Positions 32,718-42,889 of a DNA stretch of 64,000 nucleotides are shown here, one piece after another (position 1 is the first letter of the stretch; every line of letters starts with the position of its first letter). Below the pieces are notes generated by a model. The model worked only from the letters and a program-made list of their open reading frames with translations, was not told where the DNA came from and searched no databases. This DNA is from an uncultured Verrucomicrobiae bacterium (GTDB taxonomy: Bacteria; Verrucomicrobiota; Verrucomicrobiia; Opitutales; JABDGR01): positions 576,001 to 640,000 of the forward strand of contig CAVXVB010000009.1 of NCBI GenBank assembly GCA_963765205.1. Reading direction: 5' to 3'. Position numbers and translations under genes: made by a program.

Positions 32718-32921
32718 CTATTTTGTCCCTTTTGCCAACTCCATTAGGCGGTCAGGTTCGCTAACAGGCGGATGCCCTTGCCCTGCCCAGTGCTCAATAA
32801 TCATGGCAGCATAACGGCTAGGAGTGAATCCAAGCGATTTTGCCCGGCCTTCAATATGCCGGGCCAACGGAGAAGATAATACCACCCCAAACTGCTTCTT
32901 GTTTTTACCGATTTTGCCCAT
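32718..32921 (-). CDS. Small putative DNA-binding protein (ribbon-helix-helix-like)
   Basis: KQFGVVLS beta-strand then helices (RAKSLGFTPSRYAAMII); 67 aa. Confidence 0.5.
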   Translation of the reverse strand: MGKIGKNKKQFGVVLSSPLARHIEGRAKSLGFTPSRYAAMIIEHWAGQGHPPVSEPDRLMELAKGTK

Positions 32922-33005
32922 GCTCCCAAAACTGACAGGGGCCGATTATTTAGCACGAAAAAGCTTGCATAACTGTAAAGTCTCTACAGTTACATGATTT
33001 AACTT

Positions 33006-33743
33006 ATGAAAACTATACTATCTTTCGTTATCGTTTTCTTGTTATTGCTCGCCCATGTCCAAGGCCAACAGGTCTTGCTGTTTGATAATTTCAACGGGAC
33101 ATCTATCAATTCCGCCGTTTGGAATGTTTCTTTGCCTTTCGGTGGTTCGTCGGCAGTAGAAGGAGGCGGAAATTTGACCATACAAGACAGGGCGACGGTA
33201 TATTCAGTCCAAAATTTTAATACCCCTTACAACATAACAGGTAATTTCATACTGAATAGCCCCGGCGCAACAAACGAAGAGGAACAATTTGCTGTTTATT
33301 TCGAGTCAAATTTTTCCATTTATTCTCCACTATCGGGGTATGCAGTTCCTACTGGTGTCATGGTGGATTTTCAGGCGACTGGGAACCCTGACAGTTTAAC
33401 CATTCAACAATTTGACAGTAATAATCAGCCCGCTTCTGGAATTCTTGCCGAAACAAATTATACCTTAAATGACGGAACTCCTTATAATTTTGACATAAAC
33501 GTGAATGGCTCACTCATAAATGTTTACGTCAATGACTCTCTTATCCTTTCGGGAACTAGTTCTATTTCCACCGGCAATCAAATCGGTTTTGAGGATGGGA
33601 TATTTGCCGGGGATTCCACCAGTATAAGCGGCGTAGAAGTATCCAATGTGCCAGAACCCTCGGTTTATGGGTTGATTTTTGGACTTGCTGGATTGGGGAT
33701 AAGTATGAGATTAAAAAGAAAAAACTATCTTAAACATCAATAA
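33006..33743 (+). CDS. PEP-CTERM sorted surface protein
   Basis: Signal peptide, Asn/Ser/Thr-rich beta domain, VPEPSVYGLIFGLAGLGISMRLKRK tail. Confidence 0.92.
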   Translation: MKTILSFVIVFLLLLAHVQGQQVLLFDNFNGTSINSAVWNVSLPFGGSSAVEGGGNLTIQDRATVYSVQNFNTPYNITGNFILNSPGATNEEEQFAVYFESNFSIYSPLSGYAVPTGVMVDFQATGNPDSLTIQQFDSNNQPASGILAETNYTLNDGTPYNFDINVNGSLINVYVNDSLILSGTSSISTGNQIGFEDGIFAGDSTSISGVEVSNVPEPSVYGLIFGLAGLGISMRLKRKNYLKHQ

Positions 33744-33752
33744 TCTCCCCAG

Positions 33753-34035
33753 ATGAAAAAGTCTCGTTACATTTGCGCAGATATTCAACTTTCCGACCGA
33801 TGCGTTTTCGTTTACGCTGGCCCTCGTATTCTTTCGGCTCTCGAAGAGATAAATCGTCTTGATCTTTATAAAGGAGTGAAGATTCTTGATCTATTAAGGG
33901 CCGTTTATATTCAGGGCCGTTTATATTCAGGGACAGAAAGACGGCGCTCATCTTGTTTTTGAGCGCATTGCTGTTTTAGAGAACTCCATTCCTCATCGGA
34001 ACCCCGGTGCGCCAAGGAAGCTAAAAAAATCATAG
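33753..34035 (+). pseudogene. Small passenger gene broken by a 16-bp tandem duplication
   Basis: agggccgtttatattc twice (33897-33928); removing one copy gives an 88-aa ORF ending PHRNPGAPRKLKKS. Confidence 0.6.
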
Positions 34036-34210
34036 AGTCGAAAAAGGGGTCTATGGATTTAGCGGGTAAGTGTTTTTTGAGTTTGTCGAGATTAGGCTTC
34101 ATGTTTTTTGACTATGGCTTGAAATGCCTGATTTTGGAGTCTAGGGTAACTTTGTATATAGTTCCCAAAAATTAATTGCTCCAGCGGGGAAAAGAAAGCA
34201 CGCTTCACGT

Positions 34211-35608
34211 GTGAGCGAAAACTTGGAAAATGTGCCTTTGCCCGCGGAGTTGGCGAACGTTGTCACTGACGTGGCGCAACGCGTGCGCGCGGCCGGGGGG
34301 CGGGCGGTGCTGGTGGGCGGCTGCGTCCGCGATGCCATCTTCGGGCAAACCGCCAAGGACGCGGACCTTGAGGTTTTCGGAGTCGCCCCGGCGGCACTGG
34401 AAAAACTCGTCGCGTCGTCCTATCCGGTCATCACCGTCGGCAAAAGCTTTGGCGTCCTGAAAATCCGCGGTCTTGAACTCGATATTTCGCTGCCGCGGCG
34501 CGAACAGCGCACCGGCCCGCTCCACACCGACTTTGCAGTGGACGCCGACCCCGCCATGTCGTTTCGCGACGCCGCCGCGCGGCGCGACTTCACCCTCAAC
34601 GCCATTTCGTGGGACCCGCTCACGCGCGAGGTGATTGACCCCTTCAACGGCGCGGCCGACTTGCGCGCGAAAATTTTGCGCCACACGACGGAACGCTTCG
34701 CCGAGGACCCGCTGCGCGTGCTCCGCGCCATGCAGCTCGTCGCGCGCTTTGAGCTGGAGGTCGCGCCGGAGACGATTGCACTGTGCTCGACCCTGACCAT
34801 GGACGGCATTTCCAGCGAGCGCGTGTTCGAGGAATGGCAGAAACTTTTGGTGAAAGGAAAAAAGCCCTCACACGGGTTGGAGTTTTTGCGCGCGTGCGGC
34901 TGGGTCAGATTCTTCCCGGAACTGGCCGCGCTCATCGGTTGCCCGCAGGATGCGAAATGGCATCCTGAAGGTGACGTATGGGTGCATACACTGCATTGCC
35001 TCGATGCCTTCGCCGCGCGGCGCACCGGCGATGCGTGGGAGGATTTGGTCGTGGGCCTCGCCGTGCTCTGCCACGACCTCGGCAAACCCGCGACCACGAC
35101 GCACGAGGCCGACGGCCACATCCGCTCGCTCGGCCACGAGGCCGCCGGTGAAGCGCCTTCGCTGGCGTTGCTCGCGCGGCTCACGCACCACAAGGAACTC
35201 ATCGAAAGCGTCCTCCCGCTCGTGCTCTGCCACATGCGCCCGCGCGAGTTGATGTTGAGCAAGGCTGGCGACAGCGCCATCCGCCGCCTCGCCAAAAAGG
35301 TCGGGCGCATTGACCGCCTCGCGCGCGTGGACGAGGCCGACCGCTGGGGCCGCCCGCCCCTCGCGGCCGACGAACCCGGCGGCGGCCACTGGCTCCTCGA
35401 ACGCGCGGCGAAACTCGAAGTCGCCAGCAATGTGCCCGCGCCGATTGTCCTGGGCCGCCACGTCATCGCCGCCGGTCTCACCCCCGGCCCGCGCTTCAAG
35501 GAAATCCTGAATGCCTGCTTCGAAGCGCAACTCGACGGAAAATTCACCGACCTCCCCGGCGGGGAAAAATTTCTGGCGGAGTTGCTTAAAGTTCAACCTA
35601 ATACTTAA
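34211..35608 (+). CDS. cca: CCA tRNA nucleotidyltransferase with HD domain
   Basis: VGGCVRD, DADLE, RRDFTLNA, EDPLRVLR, HPEGDVWVHT, CHDLGKP. Confidence 0.9.
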   Translation: MSENLENVPLPAELANVVTDVAQRVRAAGGRAVLVGGCVRDAIFGQTAKDADLEVFGVAPAALEKLVASSYPVITVGKSFGVLKIRGLELDISLPRREQRTGPLHTDFAVDADPAMSFRDAAARRDFTLNAISWDPLTREVIDPFNGAADLRAKILRHTTERFAEDPLRVLRAMQLVARFELEVAPETIALCSTLTMDGISSERVFEEWQKLLVKGKKPSHGLEFLRACGWVRFFPELAALIGCPQDAKWHPEGDVWVHTLHCLDAFAARRTGDAWEDLVVGLAVLCHDLGKPATTTHEADGHIRSLGHEAAGEAPSLALLARLTHHKELIESVLPLVLCHMRPRELMLSKAGDSAIRRLAKKVGRIDRLARVDEADRWGRPPLAADEPGGGHWLLERAAKLEVASNVPAPIVLGRHVIAAGLTPGPRFKEILNACFEAQLDGKFTDLPGGEKFLAELLKVQPNT

Positions 35609-36819
35609 AGATTTTCCACCGCATCCAAAATCGCCACCCCCACGCGGTCGGCGACGAGGCGGCCGGTGCGGGTCAGGCGGAGGATACCGCCGGATTTTTC
35701 TAGGAGGCCGTCGGCGACTAAATCATCCCACAGTGGGTCAAGCGCGGCGAAGTCGAAATCCGGGAATCGCTCCGCGAGCGCAGGTAAGTCCACGCCGCGG
35801 TTCAGGCGCAGGCCGAAGACGAGCGCGTCGGTGGCGAGCAGCGCCGGCGTGAGCGCCACGACATCCATGCGCTCGAGTTTTCCAGCGTCAACGCCTTTAA
35901 GCCAGCGCGCCAAGTCCGGCGGATTCGCGTGGCGCGAGCCTTGAAATTGCGAGGCCGCCGCCGGCCCGAGGCCGACCCATTCCGCCATCGCCCAGGTGTC
36001 CAGGTTATGCGCGCACTCGCGGACCGGCCTCGCATAATTGGATATTTCGTATTGGTGGAAGCCGGCCGCGTCGAGAAAGTCCCAGGTCGCTTCGTAAAGC
36101 GCGGCGTCCACCTCCACATCGGGGCGCACCTGTCCGCGCGCGAGCTTGAGCCACAAGGCCGTGTCCTCCTCAAACGTGAGGCAATACGTCGAGAGATGCG
36201 CGGGCGCCAGGCGCACGGCCTCGGCCAGGTCGGCCAGCCATTCCTGTTGCGTTTGCCCGGGCACGGCAAACATCAAATCGAGATTGAGATTGTCGAACCC
36301 GGCGGCGCGGATGAGGTCTACCGCGGCGTAAACCTGCGCGGGCGAATGCCGCCGGCCGAGCGCGGCCAGCGTGGCGGGGGCGAAACTTTGCACCCCGAGC
36401 GACAGGCGGTTCACCCCTAGGTCGCGCAGCGCCGCCAGTTTGTCCGCCTTAACTGAGGACGGGGCCAGTTCGACTGTCCATTCGTGCGGCGGCGCGCCGA
36501 GGTGCTCGAGCAGAACCTGGCCGAGGCGCGCCAAATCGCGGGCGGGGAGAATGCTGGGGGTGCCCCCACCCCAAAACATTGTGTCTGCTGCCCGGCCCGG
36601 GCTGGCCAGGGCCAGTTCGCGCTCAATGCCGGCGAGGAAGCGGTCCAAATCCTCGCGGTGGGGCGCTTCCTGATAAAAGGCGCAAAAGTCGCAGGTCGAG
36701 GCGCAAAAGGGGACATGGACGTAAATCCCCAGCGGTATTTGGTGCGCGTGGGGGGCGGTTGCGCGGGCCTCCAGGACGGATTTAGGCGCCGGGAATTGGG
36801 CGTGTAGTTTTGCTTGCAC
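35605..36819 (-). CDS. hemW: Radical SAM heme chaperone HemW (start uncertain)
   Basis: YVHVPFCASTCDFCAF, GGGTPS, RLSLGVQSF, YEISNYA. Confidence 0.9.
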   Translation of the reverse strand: MQAKLHAQFPAPKSVLEARATAPHAHQIPLGIYVHVPFCASTCDFCAFYQEAPHREDLDRFLAGIERELALASPGRAADTMFWGGGTPSILPARDLARLGQVLLEHLGAPPHEWTVELAPSSVKADKLAALRDLGVNRLSLGVQSFAPATLAALGRRHSPAQVYAAVDLIRAAGFDNLNLDLMFAVPGQTQQEWLADLAEAVRLAPAHLSTYCLTFEEDTALWLKLARGQVRPDVEVDAALYEATWDFLDAAGFHQYEISNYARPVRECAHNLDTWAMAEWVGLGPAAASQFQGSRHANPPDLARWLKGVDAGKLERMDVVALTPALLATDALVFGLRLNRGVDLPALAERFPDFDFAALDPLWDDLVADGLLEKSGGILRLTRTGRLVADRVGVAILDAVENL

Positions 36820-36864
36820 GGGAAGGGCAGGCCGCAGTATTGTGTCAAATTCGTTGATTAACGC

Positions 36865-37920
36865 ATGAAAGCCAAGCTCTTCCTGTTCACCGCCGCGCTG
36901 GCCCTGGCCACCGCCTTTTCCGGGTGCAACAACCCGGTCATTAACGTCACGCTGCCCCAGGCCGCGGAAAACCAGTCGCGCATCTACACACTGTTCGTGA
37001 ACACGCGCATCAACAAGTATTCGATGGTGGACGGGTCGCTCCACGCCTTTGTCACCATCGAGGGCCAGGAACACGAGATGGCGCCCTCGCCCTACGGCGA
37101 CGATATTTTCCAGTATGACTACACCATGCCCGGCGACCGCGAGCAGGCCAAGTATTTCTTTACGATCCGTTACGATGAATTGGTGAACCAGCTCGTCAAA
37201 CACCGCGATATTGAGAGCCAGCTTTATACCCTCAACATCGTCAACCGTTACGTTTTGCAAATGGAGAACACCCGCGGGCCGGTGGGCGCGGTGGTGCCGG
37301 TGGTCGGCAATGGCTTTTCCCCGGCCGACACCGTCGTCATTGCCGGCAGCGCAGCCCCGACCTCAGTCGCCTCGGCCAACGCCCTGACTTTTGCGGTTCC
37401 TCCGCTGCCACCGGGTGATTATCCCGTCGAATGGCATTCGGGCACCGACGTATTTCAAATTGGCGCGTTCCATGTGGACATTTCGGCGCTGACCGTTTCG
37501 CCTGCCAGTGTCGAATTGGCTTCCGGCGATGCAACGTCGTTGACCATGGCGATGGGCGAACCGGCGCCAACGAGCGGCGTCACGCTCAAAATTCTTACCG
37601 ATGCTCCCGCCAGCGTGGTGATGCCGACGGAAGTACTTATTCCGGCTGGTCAAAAAAGTGTGACGGTAAAACTCTCCGGCGGTTCTCCGGGCGCGGGCAG
37701 CCTGCATATCGATGCGCCGGGTTTCAGCCAGGCGGTGGTGCCGATTAAAGTTAACGAAGCGCCCGCGCTGCCAGTGGTGACGCCCGCCCCCGTGGAGGAA
37801 GCGCCTGTCCCGGCAACACCCTCTCCGGCGGATACTGCTCCGACCCCGGCTCCGGTCGCCACGCCACCTGTTGCAACTCCGCCGAAAGACGTGCCCGCCG
37901 CGGCCGTAATTGGGAGTTAG
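36865..37920 (+). CDS. Lipoprotein with IPT/TIG-like Ig domains and Pro/Ala tail
   Basis: Lipobox AFSGC; GPVGAVVPVVGNGF...LTFAVPPLPPGDY. Confidence 0.75.
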   Translation: MKAKLFLFTAALALATAFSGCNNPVINVTLPQAAENQSRIYTLFVNTRINKYSMVDGSLHAFVTIEGQEHEMAPSPYGDDIFQYDYTMPGDREQAKYFFTIRYDELVNQLVKHRDIESQLYTLNIVNRYVLQMENTRGPVGAVVPVVGNGFSPADTVVIAGSAAPTSVASANALTFAVPPLPPGDYPVEWHSGTDVFQIGAFHVDISALTVSPASVELASGDATSLTMAMGEPAPTSGVTLKILTDAPASVVMPTEVLIPAGQKSVTVKLSGGSPGAGSLHIDAPGFSQAVVPIKVNEAPALPVVTPAPVEEAPVPATPSPADTAPTPAPVATPPVATPPKDVPAAAVIGS

Positions 37921-38165
37921 CATTAGACGAACCGTTGGCCCTTGGGTTCGGACAACTTAAGGTGGTGGAACGAGGAACGCTCCCATACCCAATCTAGGCG
38001 TCGTCATGATTGCCCCATTGCGCGGGGTCTGGCGTCTGTGGCGTAAAAGTTTTTGCAACTTGCATGGAAATGCACGGTTGAATGGTTCACACGCCTGGAG
38101 ATATTCATTCATTTATCAAACTTCTTTAATCGTGTCCTTTTAACCACAAATATATTCCCCTTGCT

Positions 38166-39677
38166 ATGAAAGTTCAGTCATTTAAGTCATTCATGCTCAT
38201 AGGCATATGCGTATGGGGTGCCACGGGTGCCTTGGCGTATTGGGCTGGCAAAGTACAAGGCTCACACGCGGTCCCGGCCACCAGTTCCCATACCAAGTCA
38301 ACGTCTGGAAAAACCATTCTGAATTTTAATTCAGCCGGCACGTCCACCAAGGATCCGGGTGCAATGGTGGACGTTGATCTCCTCAAGCTGAAGGGCAAGA
38401 TGAGCGCTGCTGATGTCGCCCGTTGGGCCGCCAGCCTGGACCCCAAGCAATACATGGACGAAATGAACAAGCTGCAAGCCTTGCCTGCCGGAGCCAAGCG
38501 CGACTCCATGCTGGCCGCTCTTTATGATGTCTGGGCTAAAACCGACCCGGTGGCCTTCCTCCAGTCTGGCTCGAAGATGACCAATCCATCCGCCCGCACC
38601 GCCGCTTTGTCGGACGCACTTAATTCCTGGGGCGCCAAGGATCCCCAAGCCGCCCTCGACTGGCTCAAGAACAATCCGGGTGCCACCACCGCGCTCAACA
38701 GCCAGGAATACTCGTCCATCATCAGCGGCTACGCCGCCACCAACCCGACCGATGCCCTTGCCATGGTCACGGGCATGGGTGAAGCCACGCCTGCCGACTT
38801 GGCCTTGAAACGGCAAGCCATGGCCGCCATGGTTGATGGCATGTCGCAGAACATTGTGGATGGCGACTTCAGCAGCATTTCCACCATGATCGATGGCTTG
38901 CCCGCTAATATGCAGAATAGCGCTTATAACCAGCTCCTGGCGGATTGGAGCACCAGTGCTCCGGCGACCGCCGCTCAATGGATTTCCTCTTTGGCCCCCC
39001 AATATCAAAACCGTTATGGGCAGACGCTCATCGCTTCCTGGGCGGCCACCGATCCGGCGGCGGCTGCCGCTTGGGCTTCGCAACAGGACGCGACCAGTGC
39101 TGCCAACGCCGCAGCCGGTCTCGGTGGCGGGCGTCGCGGTGGTGGCGGTGGCAACCTTCTCGCTTCAACCATTACTGACTGGGTCAGCGCCGGTGGCGTG
39201 ACAGATGCCGCAACCTATATCAATAATTTGCCTGCCGGGCCCGAAAAGGACACGTCCACGGCTTCCTTGGTGGGTGGAATGATGACGGACAATCCCTCTG
39301 TGGCCATGGCTTATGCCCAAACGATTACCGACCCCAACCTCCAGCTTCAGAGCATGGATAGCGTGGCGGGAACCTGGAGTCAGCAAGACCCGCAAGGTTT
39401 TCAGGCTTACTTAGCCACGCTGGACCCGGCTGCGGCCGCGCAATTGCAGCAAGCTTCGCAGCAATATGGCGGGGGTGGCGGCTTTGGTTTTGGTGCCGGC
39501 GGCGGTGGCGGCCCCGGCGGTGGTGGCCCTGGTGGTGGCGGTAATTTTGGCGGCGGCGGCCAGGCGGGCGGTCCTACGATTATTGGTGCTCCAGGTGGTG
39601 GCGGTCGCCGTGGTGGTGGTCGTCGCGGCGGTGGTGGTGGCGGCGGCGGTTTTGGTGGTGGTGGTGGGGGCGGTTAA
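38166..39677 (+). CDS. Exported helical-repeat protein with Gly/Arg-rich tail
   Basis: Repeated W(A/G)xxDPxAAxxW units; C-terminal GGGGRRGGGRRGGG. Confidence 0.75.
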   Translation: MKVQSFKSFMLIGICVWGATGALAYWAGKVQGSHAVPATSSHTKSTSGKTILNFNSAGTSTKDPGAMVDVDLLKLKGKMSAADVARWAASLDPKQYMDEMNKLQALPAGAKRDSMLAALYDVWAKTDPVAFLQSGSKMTNPSARTAALSDALNSWGAKDPQAALDWLKNNPGATTALNSQEYSSIISGYAATNPTDALAMVTGMGEATPADLALKRQAMAAMVDGMSQNIVDGDFSSISTMIDGLPANMQNSAYNQLLADWSTSAPATAAQWISSLAPQYQNRYGQTLIASWAATDPAAAAAWASQQDATSAANAAAGLGGGRRGGGGGNLLASTITDWVSAGGVTDAATYINNLPAGPEKDTSTASLVGGMMTDNPSVAMAYAQTITDPNLQLQSMDSVAGTWSQQDPQGFQAYLATLDPAAAAQLQQASQQYGGGGGFGFGAGGGGGPGGGGPGGGGNFGGGGQAGGPTIIGAPGGGGRRGGGRRGGGGGGGGFGGGGGGG

Positions 39678-39699
39678 GCGCAAAGCAAAGTGGAAGCAC

Positions 39700-41398
39700 T
39701 CATGTGGCCCATTCAAAGGGTGTGTTCGCCTCGACTTCTTCAATCGTAGTCAAGCCAAGCAGGACTTTTTTCAACCCGTCATGACGGAGCGGCTGGTAGC
39801 CGGTGCGCTTGGCCGAGGCGGTCACGGCTTCGACCGAGCCACCGCGGGAAACAAGGTCCCGAATCTCTTCGGTGGCCACGACCAACTCGTGGAAGGCAAC
39901 GCGGCCTTTGTAGCCAGTGCGGCGGCAAATGTCGCAACCTTTCCCCATATAGAATGAGACCGCCAGGCCTTCGGTCTCGGTAAAATAACGCGCCAGGGTT
40001 TCCGGCGAAGCGACGTAGCTTTCCTTGCAACGCTCGCAAATGCGTGCCGCCAGCCGCTGGCCAAGCACCGCCAATACGGAAGGCGCCACCACATGGGGTT
40101 CGACGCCGATCTCCACCAGGCGGGTGAATGCTTGCGGCGCGTTATTGGTGTGCATGGTGGCGAAGACCAGGTGGCCCGTCAGCGCCGCCTCACTGGCGAT
40201 TTTCGCCGTTTCCGCGTCCCGAATTTCGCCCACCAGGATGACGTTCTGGATCCTGCCGCAACATCGCCCGTAACAGGAGTCCGAATTTCAAGTCAATGTG
40301 CGCGTTGACTTGTGCTTGGGTCAGTCCGGGCAGTTTCAGTTCGACCGGGTCTTCAATCGTGGAGACGTTGACATCCACGGAATTTACTTCCGCCAGCGCG
40401 GCATAGAGCGTCGTCGTTTTGCCCGACCCGGTCGGCCCGGTGACAAAGATGATGCCGTTGGCGGCCTGGATTACGCGCTGGAAGGGCTTGAGGATGCTTT
40501 GGGAGATCAGCATCTTGTCCAGCGTCATAAAGTCCTTCTTCGCCGTCGAGGCCAGCACGCGGACGACGCATTTTTCCCCTTCGATCGTGGGCAGCAAGCT
40601 CACCCGAAAATCCCCCTTGCGCGCGCCCAACTGGAGGGAAAAGCGCCCGTCTTGCGGGAAGCGACTCTGGCTGATGTTCAAATCGCACATCACCTTGAGG
40701 CGGCAAATGATGGGGCGGTGCAGGATTTTCGGAAAGCGCAGGATTTCCCGCAACCGCCCGTCAATGCGGTAGCGCACGCGGGTGTCGTTCTCCTGCGGTT
40801 CGAGGTGGATGTCGCTGGCGCGCTCGCGCAGGGCGAAATAAATCAGCGAGTCCACAATGCGGATGAGCGATTTCGATTCACTCAACTTTTCCAGCTCGGC
40901 CGGGCTGAGCTGGAGTGCGACCACCTCGCCGGTGTCCTCCAACTCCTTGACGATGGATTCGATGTCCTTCTCCGAGGAATAATGGACTTCGATGGCTTCA
41001 TTTATTTCGGAAGGCAGCGAGAACATCGGGCTGATCGGCAGCCCGGTGATGCCTTCCAGCCGCTTGCGCATGGCTGTGTTGAACGGGTCCGGCGTGGCCA
41101 CGGTCAGCACGCCCTCCAGCACATACAGGGGCAGCGTTTGTGACTTGCGCACGATCTCCGCGGGGATCAGGGCGATGGCTTCCGGTGTGATGACGGTGTT
41201 GAACGGATCAATATAGGCGACGCCGATGCACTCGCTCCAGAGGCGGCAGGCGACGGTGTGGGGCAGCAGGCCGGCGCCAATGACGGCCTCCAGCAAATCC
41301 GCGGTGTTCGCCCCATGTTTTTTGACCAGGCGGCCGAGATCCTTCTCCGCCATCATCGGATGTTTTTCGCGCAGCAAATCGGCAAAGGTTTTAGCCAT
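39700..41398 (-). CDS. GspE/PilB-family secretion ATPase, frameshift near 40245
   Basis: ASDIHLEP, PQDGRF, GPTGSGKTTT, TIEDPVE, LRQDP then GEIRD, LTGHLVFATMHTN, CERC...CDIC. Confidence 0.92.
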
Positions 41399-41435
41399 GG
41401 GAAAAGGAGGATTCGCAGCCCGGCTGTGCGCTGAG

Positions 41436-41633
41436 TTATTGATCTTTGAGCGGTTTGCGCCGGGCGCGGGATTTAAAGATGGTGCGGATTTCGCTCTGAT
41501 CCACCAATTCAAGCCCGAGCACGGAGTCCCGCCGCTCCCACTCGACTTCGCGCAGCAATTCCTTGAGCGAATACCGGGCCTCCTTGAGCGGGGTGCCGGT
41601 GGGCGCGTCAGCGGCTGGCGGTTCGGAAGACAT
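41436..41633 (-). CDS. Small hypothetical protein
   Basis: 65-aa ORF filling the gap between the receiver gene and the ATPase gene on the same strand. Confidence 0.55.
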   Translation of the reverse strand: MSSEPPAADAPTGTPLKEARYSLKELLREVEWERRDSVLGLELVDQSEIRTIFKSRARRKPLKDQ

Positions 41634-41653
41634 CGGGGAGAAAGGCGAAAAAT

Positions 41654-42043
41654 TTATTCCACCGAAGCTTCGACCCAGGTGGCGCGGAGGGTGGCGAGGA
41701 TTTGGTCGCGGGGCGTATCCTTGCGGATGTAATTGAGCGCGCCCGCCGCGGCGCATTTTTCGACCATTTCGCGCGACGCCACCGCTGTCATCATCACGAC
41801 GCAAGCGGCGGGGTCCAGGGCGAGAATGCGTTCGAGGATGGCGAGGCCGTCTTCGCCGGGCAGGTTGAAATCGAGCAGCACCATTTCCGGCTCTTGATGC
41901 TGATACATCAGCAAGGCGTTGGGGCCGTCGCTGGCCTCCTTGATGTCGGTGGCCCCTGCTTCGGTGGCGATCAACCGCAGGTAGGCGCGAATATGAGGTT
42001 CGTCGTCAATGATTAAAAGCCGTTGGGGAAAGTCGGGCGCCAT
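41654..42043 (-). CDS. Single-domain response regulator (CheY-like)
   Basis: LLIIDDE, VLLDFNLPGEDG, VMMTA, YIRK. Confidence 0.92.
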   Translation of the reverse strand: MAPDFPQRLLIIDDEPHIRAYLRLIATEAGATDIKEASDGPNALLMYQHQEPEMVLLDFNLPGEDGLAILERILALDPAACVVMMTAVASREMVEKCAAAGALNYIRKDTPRDQILATLRATWVEASVE

Positions 42044-42112
42044 GACCCTCGCAGTTTGCGGCAAGGACTTCCGCTTGGCAAGCCTGCACCGCAGAGTTTG
42101 TGGCCCGTTCTA

Positions 42113-42194
42113 TTCACCGCCAAGGCGCGAAGCACGCGAAGGCCCGTTTTAGCGTCGAATGCTTCCTTTGCGCGCTTCGCGCCTTGGCGGTGAA
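42113..42194. repeat. Palindromic element with 8-9-nt-unit arms
   Basis: ttcaccgccaaggcgcgaagcacgcgaagg versus reverse complement of right arm ttcaccgccaaggcgcgaagcgcgcaaagg. Confidence 0.85.
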
Positions 42195-42213
42195 AAAAGT
42201 CTGGCAACCCAAC

Positions 42214-42633
42214 TTAAGCCGCCACGCAGACCTGCAATTCCTGCTGCAATTGCGCGAGCAGATTGTAAAGGGCCTCACACCGTTGGCGCCAGCGTTCCGC
42301 TCCCAGGTCGTTGTAGCGGTATTCGACATCCTCGCCCAGTTCGCACAGCGTGGGCAGGCCCAGCATGCCGAGCGAGCCGCGGGCGTGGTGCGCCAGCCGG
42401 CGCAGGGTGGCGACGTTGCCCATGTCCACGGCCAGACGCAGGCGCGGCAGGCTGGTCGCCAGCAAGTCCAGGCACAGGTGGAAGACCTGCTGCTGGGTGT
42501 CGGGGTCATCGCCGATGTATTCGACGATCTTGTCCCGCTGCATCAGCGAGTCGGGTTCGGGGGCGCTGGGCACCGTGGCGGTGTGGGTCAGCCCCTGGAG
42601 GAAGAACGAAGGCGCGTAGGCGGTGGCATTCAT
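42214..42633 (-). CDS. Hpt (histidine phosphotransfer) domain protein
   Basis: LRRLAHHARGSLGMLG...LCELGEDVE Hpt signature. Confidence 0.85.
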   Translation of the reverse strand: MNATAYAPSFFLQGLTHTATVPSAPEPDSLMQRDKIVEYIGDDPDTQQQVFHLCLDLLATSLPRLRLAVDMGNVATLRRLAHHARGSLGMLGLPTLCELGEDVEYRYNDLGAERWRQRCEALYNLLAQLQQELQVCVAA

Positions 42634-42889
42634 GGCGAGGAGAGGTTTTGAGTGTTGGTCTGACGAGACTTGGTTTTGCTTCACTGTTGCCAGTATAGAG
42701 GCAGGCCATCTCTTCAGCCATCGGGCGAACCCTGTAGCCCCGCCTGCTATGATTGTGTAGCCAGGTAGGGGTGGGATGACGTAGCCCCACCCGGAAAAGG
42801 GGGGTATTCCTCCATTTTCGCCGCGTAGAACCCATTTTACCGTCCTGGGCCATCTGCTGGGCTTCAACCCTTTGCGGCCCAGTGTCCCT

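Larger units (their letters stand above)
31108..34166. mobile_element. IS1595-family element with passenger genes (3,059 bp)
   Basis: Perfect 25-bp TIRs gggaactatatacaaagttacccta (31108-31132 and 34142-34166); 8-bp duplication aaaaatta (31100-31107 and 34167-34174). Confidence 0.95.

Noticed and set aside
32973..32989. LexA SOS box
   Set aside because: CTGT-N9-ACAG has the wrong spacing for the gammaproteobacterial box and does not match the TGTTC-N4-GAACA type
33911..34102. 63-aa minus-strand ORF in the IS1595 element
   Set aside because: Overlaps the restored plus-strand ORF and has no recognisable motif; not excluded but unsupported
36820..37260. N-terminal extension of hemW
   Set aside because: Overlaps the divergent lipoprotein gene in antisense
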